Below, piece after piece: positions 41,720 through 56,929 of a stretch of 64,000 nt of DNA. The stretch's first letter is position 1; each line of letters begins with the position of its first letter. The translations under genes and the position numbers were made by a program. This DNA comes from the human T2T-CHM13v2.0 reference genome, Homo sapiens, in NCBI RefSeq assembly GCF_009914755.1, contig NC_060944.1; one strand, written 5' to 3'. The notes under the pieces were generated by a model. It did not search any database. It was not told the origin of the DNA and saw nothing but the letters and a program-made list of their open reading frames with translations.

Positions 41720-41990
41720 ATATCCTTAATACACAACGAGCTCCTATAAATCAATAAGAAAAAGGGGAATGATCCAAGTGTGTGGAGGGAGAATGGGCAA
41801 AGACATTACAAGGAATTTAAAAAAGAAAGACAAATAGGACAATAACCATACGCAAAGCTGTTCTACTTCCCTAAGAATTTTCAAATTGAAGATGAGAACA
41901 AGAATGAAATACCACCATGACCTACAAGATACGGAAACTGTAAAAGACTCCGGCACCCTCTTTTGAGAAGGCAATTAGGCAGAGTCTATT
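41720..41990 (+). mobile_element. Old L1 fragment
   Basis: ctataaatcaataagaaaaagg...aatgggcaaagaca...aatgaaataccac. Confidence 0.65.
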
Positions 41991-42470
41991 ATCTGTAGCC
42001 TGAGGTAGTAACAGCATTTTACAGGAAGTGTCCTGAGTTGAGAGAGGGGTAGGCACTTGTTAGAAGCCACACAGTGAGTCATGGGAGGGGAGGAGCTAGA
42101 ACTCAGACCTCTGGATGGGCACCTTTGATTCTTTATCTCCAGCCAGCTGGTCCTCTCTGTCTGGGCTAGTGCACAGCCTGGCCCCTGGCCCCTGTCTGGG
42201 TAGCCCAGGTCTGCTACATCCATTGCTGCACCCTGCTCTGGGCCTGAGGATGGTTGGGGCACTGCTATTCCAAATGACACATCTCTTATGATTACCCTGT
42301 CCTTCCTAGACAGGAAGCTTTCAATTAGTCCTGCTGGGCAGCAGCCTTAGAGGGTAGAGGTAGGACTCCAAGGTTTGGGATGAGACAAACCTGTTCTCAA
42401 ATCCCAGCCCCACCTTTACTCCCTGGGACAGTTACTTAACCTCAGTTTGCTCATTTGTAAAAGGAACACT

Positions 42471-42770
42471 GTCCAGGTGCGGTGGCTCACACCTGTAATC
42501 CCAGCACTTTGGGAGGCTGAGGTGGGAGGATTACTTAAGGCCAGGAATTTGAGACCAGCCTGGGCAACATAGTGAGACCCTTATCTCTATGAAAATAAAA
42601 AAAAAAAATTAGCCAGGCATGGTGATGCGTGCCTATAGTCCCAGCTACTCAGGAGGCTGAGGTGGGAGGACTGCTTGAGCCCAAGAGGTCAAGGCTGCAA
42701 TGAGCTAAGATCGTGCTATTGCCCTCCAGTCTGGGTGACAGAGAGAGACCCTGTCTCAAAAACAAACAAG
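42471..42770 (+). mobile_element. AluJ-like
   Basis: Full dimer. Confidence 0.9.
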
Positions 42771-43457
42771 ATTAAAATGGACACAATCACCCACCCACTG
42801 AAAAGCTTGTTCCTTCCACAGATATTTATTGAGGGCCTACTATGTGCCAGGCACTTTTCAAGGCACTGCAGATACATCAGTGAATGAGACAGACCTTCCC
42901 CTCATGAAGTTTACATCCTAAGTGGGAGAGGGAGATCATTTCAGAGAACGACAGGGAATTGAATTTGGGTACACAGAGTGGCAGGAGGGAGGGCCTGGGC
43001 TGCCTGGAAGGGCATCTCTGAGATACACAAGAAAGCACTCTTGGCGGAGGGACCAGTGGGTACAAAAGCCCAGAAGCGGCAAAGAACGTGGTGTGGAAGA
43101 GAGCAGCAAGGCCAGAGTGCAGTGACTGAGGGGAGAGTGGTGGGTGGTGAGGTCTGGAGGCAGAGGGGCCAGACCCCCAGGACACATGGATGAGTTTGGA
43201 TGGTGCTGGATTTTCCTGGAAGTGAGTTGGGAAGCCACTGTGGGTTGCAAGCCGAGGAGTGTCTGCCACCTTGAAAGCTTCTCTGGTGCTGAGGGGAATG
43301 GACTGTGGGGCAGGAGTAGAAGCTGGGAGCTCAGGGTGTATGGGCTGTGGTCATTCTGGTGGCCTGGACGAGGCTGGCAGCTATGAGAAGTGGGTGGATC
43401 CAGGGAGGGTGGACAGACAAGCTCTGCTCATGGGTTATCATGAAGATTAAAGGGTAA

Positions 43458-43830
<373 letters not shown>

Positions 43831-45396
43831 TAAGAGGCCTAGACCTAGAATCCCATGACTGTGTCTACCCCACAGCCTCCTCCATAAATGCCCCAAATCG
43901 CTTCTGCCTCTCCTGGTCATTGGTTCAAAATGTGATTCCTTGACCTCTTGTTGCCTCTTGACTTTTGCAGCTGCTGGGATGAAGTACTTGTTCTGAGTTC
44001 CTCTAGTTGCTATTTTAAGCAGACTGCATACCCTCCGGCCCCCATCTCCCAAGCTGGTGTGAAACCCAAGGCAGTATCTGGGTGGCTCCCTAAGTCGTTT
44101 TCCAAGTTGAGAATAGGTAGTAGAGTCACCTATTCTCACAACCGTGACATTCCACCCAGTCCAGGCTCCCAGACTAACTGCCCAGCCCCTGGAAGTAGAG
44201 AGATGGGAGGCAGCACCAGGCAGCAGGGAACCCAGGTTTGAGTCCCAGCTCTGCCACCTTGACCCTAGGAAGGCCCTTTGACCTCTCTGAGTCTCTGCAC
44301 CTCTTCTGCAAAATAGGAATGATGATATTAAAGAATTGCTTGCAGGGTAAAGTGAGGTAATAACCTGCGGAGCACCTGGCTGTGTGCCCAGCTCATATGG
44401 CAAACACTCACCAGGTAGGAGGATCCTAAGGTTGTGGGCAATGCATACAAAGCCTCTGGTGCATTGTAGGTGCTCAATAAATGGTAGGATGCCAGTAGGG
44501 AGGAGTTGAATGAGAAAAGGGGAAAGAGACCCAGTGCATGGTGGGGGTGGCAGGAACACAGGGAGTTGGGGGCTCCACCTTGGAAACCTCTCCTGGCCCT
44601 GGGGGCACTATCTCCACCAAACCCAAATCCAGGCAGCTAGAGGGACCTGGGCCTGCACAGGCATGGAAATTCTGCACTCACTGTTAGTGGGCCTCAGTTT
44701 CCTCATCCGCGAAGTGGAAACCATAACCCTTCTTACCCAGTTATAACCTGGATTCTGGGCTGGAACCAAGATAAGCAGCTACAGGCTGTCCTACCCCACC
44801 CCCAGCTGGAGACGCGGGCCTCTGGGAGCTCTGGCCGATTTTCAAAGGGACCAGAACTGCAAAAAACAGAACTAGGCTAATGCTGGCTGAGTGTTCACAG
44901 TGTGCCAGGACCTGTGCCACCCAGGTCCTTGTACTAAATCATTAAAACTTGCCATAACCCCACAAGGTGGGGGCTACACTTACTCCATTGGCAGGGATGA
45001 GAAAACTGAGGCTCGGAGAGGTAAAGGGCTTGGCCCAAGCATTCACAGGAGGAGCCAGGAGGAATGCAAAACTGAGCCCAGCTCCTAACTACTGGAGAGG
45101 AGCCTGCCTTGTGGTCCGTCACCCCTCCCTGCCAACCCCTGCCAGCTGGGCTTCCAAAGGCCGACAAATGCTATTTAAAGTCATACGTCTCTCAGGTCCC
45201 GAGGCACACCAGGGATGGACCCTAAACTGTTTGTGGGGGCAGACAGGAGTTATATCAGCCAAGTGAAGGCAGGAGGGGAAGGCTACTCCAAGTGCCTTTA
45301 GTCTGGAACTGTTTGCATTGCAGGGATGGAGCCCTTAGTAGCAACCTCCAGACAGTCAAAAAAGCTGGCTTTGCACACAAACATCCCAAGTGTATG

Positions 45397-45560
45397 TTTT
45401 CCTTCATTCTTTCTCTTTCTCTTTTCTTTTTCCTTCCTTCCTTCCTTCTTTCCTTCCTTCCCTCCTTCTTTCCTTCCTCCCTCCCTCCCTCCTTCCTTCC
45501 TTTCTTTTTCTTTCTTCTTTCTTTCTCAGTCTCTCTCTCTCTTTCCCTCTCTCTCTTCCT
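45397..45560. repeat. (TTCC/CT)n polypyrimidine tract
   Basis: Read directly from the sequence. Confidence 0.9.
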
Positions 45561-46081
45561 GGGGTGGGGAGTTGTTGATGCAAGAGAATGAGATGATCCA
45601 CAAACTGAACTGGTTCAGCCAAAGCAGCCCTCAGCCAGGGGCGAGCGGGAAGTGTAAGCTGTTGGCTGAGGATTCTCCTTGTGGGGGATTTTGAGCCCCT
45701 GTGGGGTGTTGTTCAAGCCAATGTCACTCGCCTCCAGGGGCAGGGAGTCTCCAGCTGATGTCTCTCTTAGAGGAAAATTCACTGCTGTTGAGCTTACTAC
45801 CTCCATCAGAGTAGGGGAAAGGGGACCCCAAGGACAGGGTCTGGCTAGCAGCACATGCTCCGCAGATGCGTGCCAACTGCAGGCTGTGATCCTAGGGCAC
45901 AGTCAGGAAGGGGCGTGGACAGAGGAGCATTGTCGCAACTGAGCGTCCCACTAGCGTCCTCAGGAAGGCCCGAGGGCTGCTGCAGCAGCACTAACACTTG
46001 GAAGAATCCCTCGCGGGAAGGGTGGTCCAATGTTGAGGAGTAGCAGATCCAAGCTCACACTCTGGAGTGTGACTTTGCTTG

Positions 46082-46208
46082 TTTATTTTAAAAGAAGGGG
46101 TCTCACCACATTGCCCGGGCTGGCCTCGAACTCCTGGGCTCAAGCCATCCTCCCACCTCAGCCCCGTGAGTAGCTGGGATTTCAGGCGAGAGTCAATGCA
46201 CCTGGCTC
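46082..46208 (-). mobile_element. Alu monomer (FLAM-like)
   Basis: ggtctcaccacattgcccgggctggcctcgaactcctgggctcaag. Confidence 0.75.
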
Positions 46209-46484
46209 TGGGGTGACTTCTTGTAAGACCTTCTCATACAGACTTTTTAATAAGATCAGAAAACCCAGACCATAAGGCAGAACAAGCCCCCTCTCCCCAC
46301 TCAAAAACCAATGGATTTGACCACACTGACAGCATGGTAAGCAATGATTTCTACTCTCCAAAGGTGAGGACTCTACAAAGTCAGATTAAAAAAGATTTTT
46401 TTTGTGTCAAAATGAACATGGGATTGATATCTAGGTAATACAAGGAAGCCCTACAAATTGACAAGAAAAATTCAGGAATTCCAA

Positions 46485-46870
46485 TTTTAAAAGTGGGAAA
46501 AATAAAAATAAAATGTTTAAAAAGTGAAAAAATAAAATTTAAAATTAAAAATCAGGTGAATAAGAATTACATGATTAAAACAAATTTAAACAGTTAAAAT
46601 AACATTCAAAAACGAAATTAAGTAACAAAATAAAAATTTAAAAATAAGGTATAAAAATAAAGTGTAAAAATCCATTCAAATAAAAAATACATTTGTAAAA
46701 TAATTTAAATACATTAAAATTAATAAAAACAAAAATGTTAAAAATAAAAGTAAAATGTTTAAGTGAAATAAAATTTAAAAATGTAAGAATACATGAAAGA
46801 ATTTTTACGAGTAAAATAAAAAATCAGCTATTTTTAACAATCTAAAGAATAAAGAAAAACTAATAGAAAC
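46485..46870. repeat. Extremely AT-rich low-complexity tract following an L1 remnant
   Basis: Repeated aaaataaaa/tttaaaa runs. Confidence 0.85.
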
Positions 46871-47230
46871 ATCAAAGGAGAGCAAGGTCTTGCTAGATGG
46901 ATGCTGATGATGTGCTGTGAATTAAGGAGTCCGATTGGCTCAAATGCCTGCAGGGAGGCGGGGGAAGTGAATGACGGGGGTGGTGTAGGGAGTGAGAGGG
47001 GACGAGGAAGTAAAAGCATGCCCGCAGGCAGCATCTGATTCGGTTTTTCCAGCCCGCTGTGGGCAGAGGGCAGGAAGTCAGGCCCCATCATGGCTTCCCC
47101 CCAAAATAGCCATCACATCATTTATGCATTTGTAATGTGCTGGCAACATACGCACACGCACACGGATGCATGTTACATCATCCCATCCTCACTGCCCCAT
47201 CCTCACTGCTGTCCTCTGAGGTCCACTTTC

Positions 47231-47280
47231 TTTTTTTTTTTTTTTTTTTTGAGACGGAGTTTCGCTCTTGTTGCCCAGGC
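47231..47280 (-). mobile_element. Severely 5'-truncated Alu (~30 bp plus T20) with TSD
   Basis: gagacggagtttcgctcttgttgcccaggc flanked by a perfect tctgaggtccactttc direct repeat. Confidence 0.92.
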
Positions 47281-49533
47281 TCTGAGGTCCACTTTCATAG
47301 AGGAGTGAACAGAGACTCAGAGAGGGTGGGTCACTGTGCCACAGTCACACAGCACTTAGGACCACCCTATCCTCTGAATCTGGCATGCTCAAAATGACCT
47401 TCTTTGGATGAGTTAGGTCTGCTGAGCACTTTCAAACAGAGGCAGGGCCATCTCTGACATCAGGCTCGAACGTTCTGTACACTAGGAAGAGCCCAACCTC
47501 TCCCCCCATGACGCATGACAGTTATCACCATTAAAGAAACACTGACTGTCTTCCAGGGGCGTCACATGCATAGTCATCTTGAAAACCATATGAGGTAGAT
47601 GCTCTTATTGTCCCCATTGTATTGACAGACAACATCGAGATTCAGGAGTCAAATACTGTCACCCAAGCATGGCAGTAACAGAACTGGGAGCTGAGCCCAG
47701 GACTGTCCACAGCCCAAATCTCACACTCCCTGCGTGGCACCAGGCCCTTTTAACCGTCATTGATGAGCACTCCCTATGTACCAGCAATGCGTTTGTCTAT
47801 GTTTCATGCCTCATTTTGCAAATTAGCCAACGGGGGCACAGAAGGGAGAGATGACCTGCCCAAGGTCACTCAGCCAGTAAGTGGCAGAGCCCACAGCCTT
47901 CGTGACAGCCTGCCAAGCCCCCAGTGCTCATCCGGGACTTGCTAGAGACAGCTGTGCCCACTGGCCAACCCCAGATCAGGCTCAGAAGGGCAACTGTGAC
48001 ATTCCTTCTCTTCATGTCTCCACCCTGGCGGATGTGGGCTCTGCCATCGGGCTCCAGGGAAAGTGGAGGCTTCCAGTGAAAGGGAGTGGTTTCCCCATGT
48101 GGCCTGGGTCCTCTGGGCTTGGGAATGCCTCTGTTTTGAGCTGGTGAAACAGAATTTCCCACCCCCTCCGCAATGGCACATCAGAGCCCCCACTATGGGC
48201 CACAGAGCAAGGGCCCTATGAATCATGCTGCATTACTGCAAGAAATCATTCCAGGGCAGGCAGTGGCGGCCCAGCATGGGACAGCAGTGTCCGGGTGGAG
48301 TTGGCGTCACCCATCCGGAGATGGGAAGCAGACCATTCCCGAAGGGATCTGGAAGAATCTCCGAGGGCGGGGCTGAGGGCAAATGTGTCCTGGATGCTGC
48401 TGTTCCACCGGGCTAGGAAAAAAAGCTCCAGCCCACAGAGACCTGGGAGCACATCACGACCTTTCCCCAGCCTGGCTGTGTGTCCTTGGCAAGTTGATTC
48501 CCCTCCCTGAATGTGGAAGGCCTCATCTGTAGAAGAGGGAGAATAATAGGGTCAAGCCACTTCATGGGGCTATAATGTGGGTAGCCTGGGAGGAGGGCTG
48601 GCATGGTGGTTATGGACTCAGGCTTTGGAATCAATTGTCTGGATGGAATCCTGGTTTTTGCCAAACTTACTCTGCCAAGCTGTGGGGTAGAAACATGAAA
48701 TTGCTAATATTTGGCTGTTTATGACCTAGAAAAATGGCAACTGCATATACTTCAATGAATGTGCCTCTCTTTTAACTGCTTCCTCCTCTGTAAAATGTGG
48801 GTAATAACAGGCCCCTCAGAGGGGTGCTGTGAGGATGAAATAAGGCTGGGAGGCAATTAAGTTCAGTAGTTAGAGCTGGGCTCTGGGGCAAGGAAGGATT
48901 TGAACCTTGGCTGAGTGGCCTTGGGCAAAGTTACTTAACCTTCCTGTGCCTCAGTTTTCTTGTCTGTAAAATAGGAATGCTACTGCCCACTGCACAGGTT
49001 TATTAAGGTAATTTAATCAATTAATACATACAAAGTACATAGAACAGTGTCTGAAATTGTTACATAAAAGAATGCAGGTAACATCTGGCATCTCCTGCAC
49101 CCTCATGTCTACTCACATAAATGCTCAACCACGAAACAAAATCCAAAGTGACTTTTGTAAACCTTTGATGCCAATGAAAGTTAAGTATTTTTAAAGAAAA
49201 AATATGTTTTGGGGAACATACATGTGTGTAGAGATGTAGGTGAGGAGTGTGCTCCCCAGGGTCCACCCCCAGGGCTGTTCTATGTCCTGATGGTGCCTAT
49301 AGCCCAAGACTCTGAGGACAGGACTAGCCTTGAGGCCATGATGGCTCCGTGGCTTGGTCTCTTTCACAAAATCACACAGCCAAACCTCAGACCCTATGGA
49401 GAGGCTCCACTTGCCTAGGTAACTCTAGAGGCCCTTAAGAGGCACCCAGCCCTGGGCTGGCCTCTGATTATTAAGAAATTCCTGCAGACAGCCTTGGATG
49501 TGCGAAAGCCCTCCAGCTTCCATCCTGTCTTAA

Positions 49534-49843
<310 letters not shown>

Positions 49844-50999
49844 TGACATTTGTCCCAGCCCTGGGAAAAAAGGCAAAGCACACTGAGCATTTCCAAGTCA
49901 CGCGGGGGGAAACTGAGGCTCTGAGAGGCTCTCAACCTATCAGGCTCTGGAGCAGGCTGCCTTCCTCTACCAATTCAAGTTTTGCCTTCACCGCTAGTCT
50001 CCTGAACCCTCACTTCTACTCACAGCTGGGTGACCTTGAGTAAGGTACTTCCCTGCTTGAGTCTCCAATTTTACAAGGATTGGTCTCAAAGGTCTCACTT
50101 GGCCTTTTTGGCCTTATCACTTCATTATTCTAGAACCCTTCTCCAGAATTTCAGAGAGAAAATGAAAGCTGAATTGCTCTGCAAACTATAAAGTGCTACA
50201 CAAACAAGAAGGTGGTTAATGGCAGCATTAGATGGGTTTTCAGAAGTCTACCGTAGGCAGGATTTGCTGTGGGTTTTGGAATTAAGAAGACCCAGCTCAC
50301 ACATGTATTTGCGACGTTACTTTGGATAAGCCAGTTCCCCTCTCTGAACCAACTTCCCTCTTCTGTAAGCTGGCGGTAGAGGCATATCCACCAGGCAGGA
50401 CTGGGGTGAGGACCAAAGGAAAGGAGCGTGCAATGTCTGCCACGCCCTGGCCGAGCAGAGGTGTTTGATGCAGGAGGAGATTTAGGGCCCCGACACATCA
50501 TTCCACCTTCCAGGAGCTAAAATCCACACACCTGGGGAATGATGTAGCTGTCAGATTCAGGGCGATTAGAAACAAGCATCTGAACTAAGGCAATTGTTTG
50601 GAGCTCCAGAGACAGACTCTCTGGGCTTACATCCCAGCACCCCTGTCTGTTGCTATACCACCCACTGGGCCTCAGTCTCCTCATCTATAATATAAAGATC
50701 CTCCTGGAATCTGCCCCTTACAGCTGTCAGGAGGGCCTCCATTAGGCCATGACTGAAAGGGGCTGAGCACAGAAGATGGGCTCAGCTGGTCCAGCAGCCT
50801 CCACACTATTTTGACAATGGTATCAGTAGACACAGTAGTACACACGTGCACATGCATGCACACACTCACATACATCCACATATATGTGCATGCACACTCA
50901 CCCACTCATACACCCATTCACATATATGTGTAAACTGAAACACATTTCTCAAAATAATAGTTTTCACACTTGCAATGCACTCTGATATATTCTAAAAAG

Positions 51000-51153
51000 G
51001 AGGTTGGCAAAAATCGCAGCCTCTGGACCAAATTTGGATGTTTTTGTGTTGCCTGTGAGCTAAGAAGAGTGGAGTACATGACAGATTGTATGTGGTTTGC
51101 AAGGCCTAAAGTATTTACTATCTGACCCTTCGCAAAAAATGTTTGCTGACCCC
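51000..51153. mobile_element. MER58-like DNA transposon
   Basis: ggttggcaaaa...gcaaggcctaaagtatttactatctgaccctt...tttgctgacccc. Confidence 0.7.
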
Positions 51154-51173
51154 ACTCTATTTTAGTCAGTGCT

Positions 51174-51230
51174 ATTCCATTCCGTTCTGTTCCGTTCCAT
51201 TCCATTCCGTTACCATTCCATTCCATTTCA
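51174..51230. repeat. (TTCCA)n pentanucleotide run
   Basis: Read directly from the sequence. Confidence 0.85.
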
Positions 51231-53952
51231 TTAGAAAATGCTGGCTATTGCTAAATTTATTGTCCTCACCTGCTGATGCATTGTAAACCTCAGCTTGGAA
51301 AACTTTAAACTAATGGGAGCTTCAGTTTTTTCACCAGATGGGAGGATGGATGAACAAACCGTATCCATGTGACACCTTAGCCAAGCAACCTCCCCTCTTT
51401 GTCTTGGATTCCTCGGCTGAGGCTGAGACCACCACCACCAGCCTGCTCTCAAGGGTGTGTTGAGGTGCAGCCTCAGAGGTCTTGTCCATGATGTTCTCAT
51501 TGACGGATCTCAAGAGCCCAATAGTAAATACTTTAGGCTTTTTGCACCACATACGATCTGTTGCCTATTCCAGTATTCTTAGCTTGAAGGCCATACAAAA
51601 ATAGTCCTGTGGCGGCAGAAATGGAGGAACACCCATCTCTGCTGTCCTTTTCAATACCCAGCCCAGGGCCTGGCCCACAGGAAGGACCCAATAAGTATTT
51701 CTTCATGGTGATGGTGACTGGAGAGTGGCACCCAAGGCCCTCCATGACGGGACTCTGGCCCAATCTGCAATCAGAACTTCACTTCCTTCGGCCACGCAGT
51801 CCCTTGTCCCCTCCACCTGGCCACACTCTCTCCTCATCCTGCAGAGGTCCTCACCTTACTGCCACCTCTGCCTGACAAAATCCTAAATCCTACTCCCCCC
51901 GATGGGGTTCCTCTCAGACACTTACACCTTGCAGCCCTGGCAAATCACTGGCATGATTCATTTCTATATCTATTGCACGGGCTTCGGAGCCTCCAAAACT
52001 CTGGGTCCAGGTCCTGGCTCAGCAGCTGTGAGCTCTTTGGCAGGCCATTGATGCTTTCTGAGCCTCAGTTCCCGTGTCTGGGAAATAGGCATAACACAAG
52101 GCAGTGGCAGAGTGAGGACGCGCAGCCCCACCTGCACAGCTCCTGGCACATGGCCCGCCTCCCTCCTTCCTCAGTGGCCTCAATCTCAGTGGCCTGAATC
52201 TCCTTCAGTGGCTGGGCAGGGGGGTTGGATGGTTTCCGTCCACAGGAGAGGGAGGTGGGGCCCCCCGTGGTGGGGCAATGGGATGGAAAAGCAGCATCTC
52301 TTTTGCACCCAGGCTTGGCTTCAGAACGCTGAGTGGAAGAAGGATGGCAAATGGAGCTCAATTGATTGACCACCTACTATCTGCCAAGCATTCAGATTTC
52401 CATTTCTCAACCAGCCCCTATGCTATGAAGAAACCGAAGCCGAGAGACCCAAGGTTACATTCTATTAAGACTCAGCGCCATTCCCTCAGCCCTCAATGTC
52501 CAGTCATTACCCACCCCTGCCCTGTAGGAATCCCTTTCAGAACTACCCCTGCATCTAAACCTGGCTTCACCTGGATGCCAGCACTCAGGGGACATACTTT
52601 GTTCGTGCCCAGCGATGGCGCCTGCTTGCCCAGGGCCTGGTGCATCTGTCTGTGTACAGGAGACAGTGCTGTCTGCCTGGCCCTCCACAAGGGGCTTTGC
52701 AATTTAAACGGAAGCATCATATTCACTCCACATAACAGGCCTCTGGAGTGGGCACTGCCACAGTCAATTTACAATAAAGAAAAACAAGCTCAGAGAGAGG
52801 AGAAGGTTTGCTCCGGATGCACCAGAAGCAAGAGGCAGAGGTGAGCTTAACCCACGTGAGACCCCACTCCCTTCCGGTCCAGGGCATGTCTGCTCTGCTG
52901 TAAAATGGGAAGGGAAAGTGGTCAAATCCTTATGAAGCCCCTACTGTGTGCCTTTGGCCCCCTTCCCTCTTGGACTGCAGTAAATCTTCCCAATTGCTCA
53001 GAGAGGTAGGTGTAAGTTTTCCCATTTCACAGATGGGGAAGCACGGACGGGAGAAGGCATGTGGCCTGCTTAATGTCACATATCTAGGGCAGGAGAGGGC
53101 TCAAGGTTTGATCCCAGGGCTCTTCACTTTGCCCCTTGCTTGCTCAGGTCTAGAAAGATCCAGAAGCTCCATGTGAATGTGGGGGTCCCTCCCCAGAAGG
53201 CCTTGGATGTCAGGGAAAGTCAGTCACAGGCTGGCATCTCCTCCTTGCCCAAATGGACCTCCAGATCTAGGGATGCGAACCAGGGCCCCCTCACTCTGCC
53301 CTACTGTCCCATTGCCAGGACACCCCAGCATGTTTCAAAAAAATGTCCCCATCTGGTTCTGATTCATTTACACTTCATTAATCAACATGCTGTTTTGTAA
53401 GAGACACTTGAGATCCAAGAATCTTTCTCAAGTCTTTTACTTCATTCTTTCTTAGAAACAGAAAAATTGGGCTTCATTAAGACGCAGTGACGCCGGAGCC
53501 TGAGGAAGGATGGGCCTGTGGGAACCAGGCCTCAAGCAGGCTCAGAGAGGGCAGATGCCAGCCCAGCACCTCATTCCTCGGGATTGTGCAGACCTGGCCA
53601 AACGCTAAGGCCAAAGACTCAGGCATGGGGGAGGCTGGAGAAAGGTGGGAAAGGGTCATCCCTCTATGTTGGCAGCTCCCCAAGGACAGGCCCAGGGCTG
53701 CTCACCTGGGTATCTCCAAGGTCCCCAACACAGAGCCTGGCACAGAGGCTGCCCTGTGAAATGAACAAGTGAATGAATGAAGCACTGCCAATACCCAGGT
53801 GTTTTCAGGACACATTCTCCTGCCAAAGTTAGATAAGGTCAAAGCTGGTAGGACCCTGAGGGATTGTGTACAGAATTTTCCAAGCAGATGCCTTATGAGA
53901 AATGGTCTCTGATGTGTAATATGTTTGGGAAAGGTCACTCTCTCTCGCTCTC

Positions 53953-54280
53953 TTTTTTTTTTTTTTTTTTTGAGACAGGGTCTGCTCTGTCGCCCAGGCT
54001 GGGGTGCAGTGGCACAATCACGGCTCACTGCAGCCTTGATGTCTTTCCTGGGCTGAAGCGATCCTCCCACTTCGGCTTCCTAAGTAGCTGGGACTACAGG
54101 TGTGCACCACCACCAACATGCCTGGCTATTTTTTGTATTTTTTTATAGAGACAAAAAATGTATTTTTTGTAGAGTTTTGCCATGTTGCCCAGGCTGGTCT
54201 CGAACTCCTGAGCTCAAGCTATCCTCCCATCTTGGCCTCCCAAAGTGCCAGGATTATAGGCTTGAGCCATCGCACCTGGG
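53953..54280 (-). mobile_element. AluJ-like
   Basis: Poly-T plus dimer. Confidence 0.9.
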
Positions 54281-54811
54281 TTACACTGTCTGTCTCCACC
54301 TCTTCAGCATGCTCTGATAAGTCTCACAGCCAAGAAATCTGCTAAACCCAGCATTTCCCAATCTATTTGACCAGAACTCCTGTGGCTGCCTTGCAAAATA
54401 TGCTACAGGAAGGGTTTATCTAGCTCTGGTCCCCACTGCAGTGCCAGTGGGAAACTGAGGCTATGGGCGGGGGACAGAGAAAATCCACTCACCCAAGGTC
54501 ACATGATACAACTGGGTCAGGGGTGTGACTGAAATCCAAGGCTATCTCCATTGTACCCCAACAAATAAATGGAGCCCTAAGCCTCTTCTGAAGATGCTAG
54601 GCAGGTGTGTGTCCCAGAGGCAAGAGATCAGGTACTGGAGGAGGGATGCTGAGAGCCCCTCACCAAATTGCGGCCATATCCCTACCTCCTCACTGAGCTC
54701 CTGGGGAGGTGGTGGTGAGCTGTAGATGGGGCGGGGGGCAAAAGGGGCAGGATAGGAATTTTTCATTTTTCTTTAATTTTTTTGTCTTTTTTGAGCTGAG
54801 AAGCATCTTAA

Positions 54812-55151
<340 letters not shown>

Positions 55152-56929
55152 TAGATGAGGAAACTGAGGCTCTGAGAAGGGAAGACCAGCACACCTCAGA
55201 AGATATCTTCTCAGCATTATGTCAGGCAGATTGGGATTCGAGCCTGCTTTGCTACTCACCTGCTGTGCGACCTTGGACAAGTCAGTTTCCTTCTCTGAAC
55301 CTCAGTTCCCTCATCCAGAAAACAAGCATCTCTCCCCTCCCTCCACTAAGCCACTGTGAGTAGCCAAAGACACAGTGGACAGGAAATGAGAATGATTAAT
55401 ACTTACGAGCACCCATTAGGAGCCTGTGTCCTTAGCTACTCATCTTGCCCACAATCCTCCTTATGAGCAGGATACTTAAGTAAAAGATGGGTTGATGAAG
55501 GGAAAGGGGGTTTGTTTGATTTTTTGGTATTGTTTAGAATGGAGAAAGATCTCAGAGATCTTCTAAAGGACCCTCAGATGGGTAAAGTGAGGATTGGACA
55601 GGCAAAGTGACTTATCCAAAGTCACTCAGTTGGTAACTGGGGAAGCTGGGATTTGAACTCAGTTGACCTGGCTCCAGAGCCCATGCCCCTAACTACTAAA
55701 CAAAGGCCATTCACAAAGGAGTGTCCCCATAGAGTCCCAAACTCACCCCAGCTCAGCTGAAAACCACACGCCTCTCTAGTCCCTTGTCCCACTGTCACAG
55801 CAAGAACTGGAGCCTCTTGGGCCACAGTCTCCCCAACCCCATCCAATCCCACCTCCCAATTCTCCCACAGCCTCTGTCTGCTTCCTGCTCCGTTCCAGGA
55901 GTGACTGTGTCGCTGTAGGGCTTTCACACAAATGGAAGGCCCCAGAGGGCAACCCATCCTCTCTCATTTTCCTTCCCCTTTATCCTTGCTCAGACCCGAT
56001 GCCAGGGCTGGAAAGAGAGAAGACACCAGCTGGACAATTCAGCAGTTATTTAAACCAGTCTGAGCCTTGGAATCCCAGGCTTTATTAAAACTGGACGACC
56101 CCTATGTCATGAGCATATAGTTGGGATTTGATGAGCTAGGACATGAAAAACCCGTGGCATAGTGGCTGGCATTCGGCTGCTGATCTTAAGAGTGGCACCT
56201 GGAGGCCAAAGGGCTGCCCAGCTCAGGCAGGCGATTTGCTCACTTGCTCACCCGCTTACCCTTCTCTGAGGCACAGGCTCTACCAACTCCTGCTCTGCAG
56301 GGACAGCCTCCAACCCACCTTCTGAGGATGTTCTGACTCTCACAGCGAGGCTGTGGCATAGGACTCCCAGGTGAGAGCGCATGCGGCCCCTGGTACATTT
56401 ATAATCTGAACCTTGGCTCATCTTCCTAGTGGCCTGAGAGGTGAAGATGGAAAAGCTGAGGCTCTCTGAGGGGCTGGACTTCTTCTAGGTCATCCCCTAT
56501 TAGAATAAGTGAACCTGAACTCAGGTCTCAGGTCTGGCTGAACTCAACATAGGGGGGCCATGGAGGATCACTGCCCTCTGGGAGGTGACACCAGGAGTCA
56601 GGGTGAGTGATGAGGCTGGGACTGGGGCCTCTGGACGCCCAGCCCAAGGCTCTCTATGTCACTTCCTGGCCGAGCATGGATGCTTGGAATGGCTTCTACG
56701 CCACTGAGTCTGTCTCCTAGTCCCTGTGCCCCGCAGGCTGGCTCTTGAGTCTTCTGTCTCTGCACGAAGCCATCCTCCTTTCTGCTGACCATGCGGCTAC
56801 TACAGAGAGCCCTGCTACCCTCTCCCTTCTGGGTGAGTCTCCTTGGCCCACCCTACTCAATGGCTCGCTCACTGGGTGCCCTGGAGCCTCAATCTCCCCA
56901 TCTTAAGTGAGGTTGAGACTCGTCTGGAG

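Noticed and set aside
51174-51230. Satellite III-like (GGAAT)n
   Set aside because: Only ~55 bp; an ordinary microsatellite
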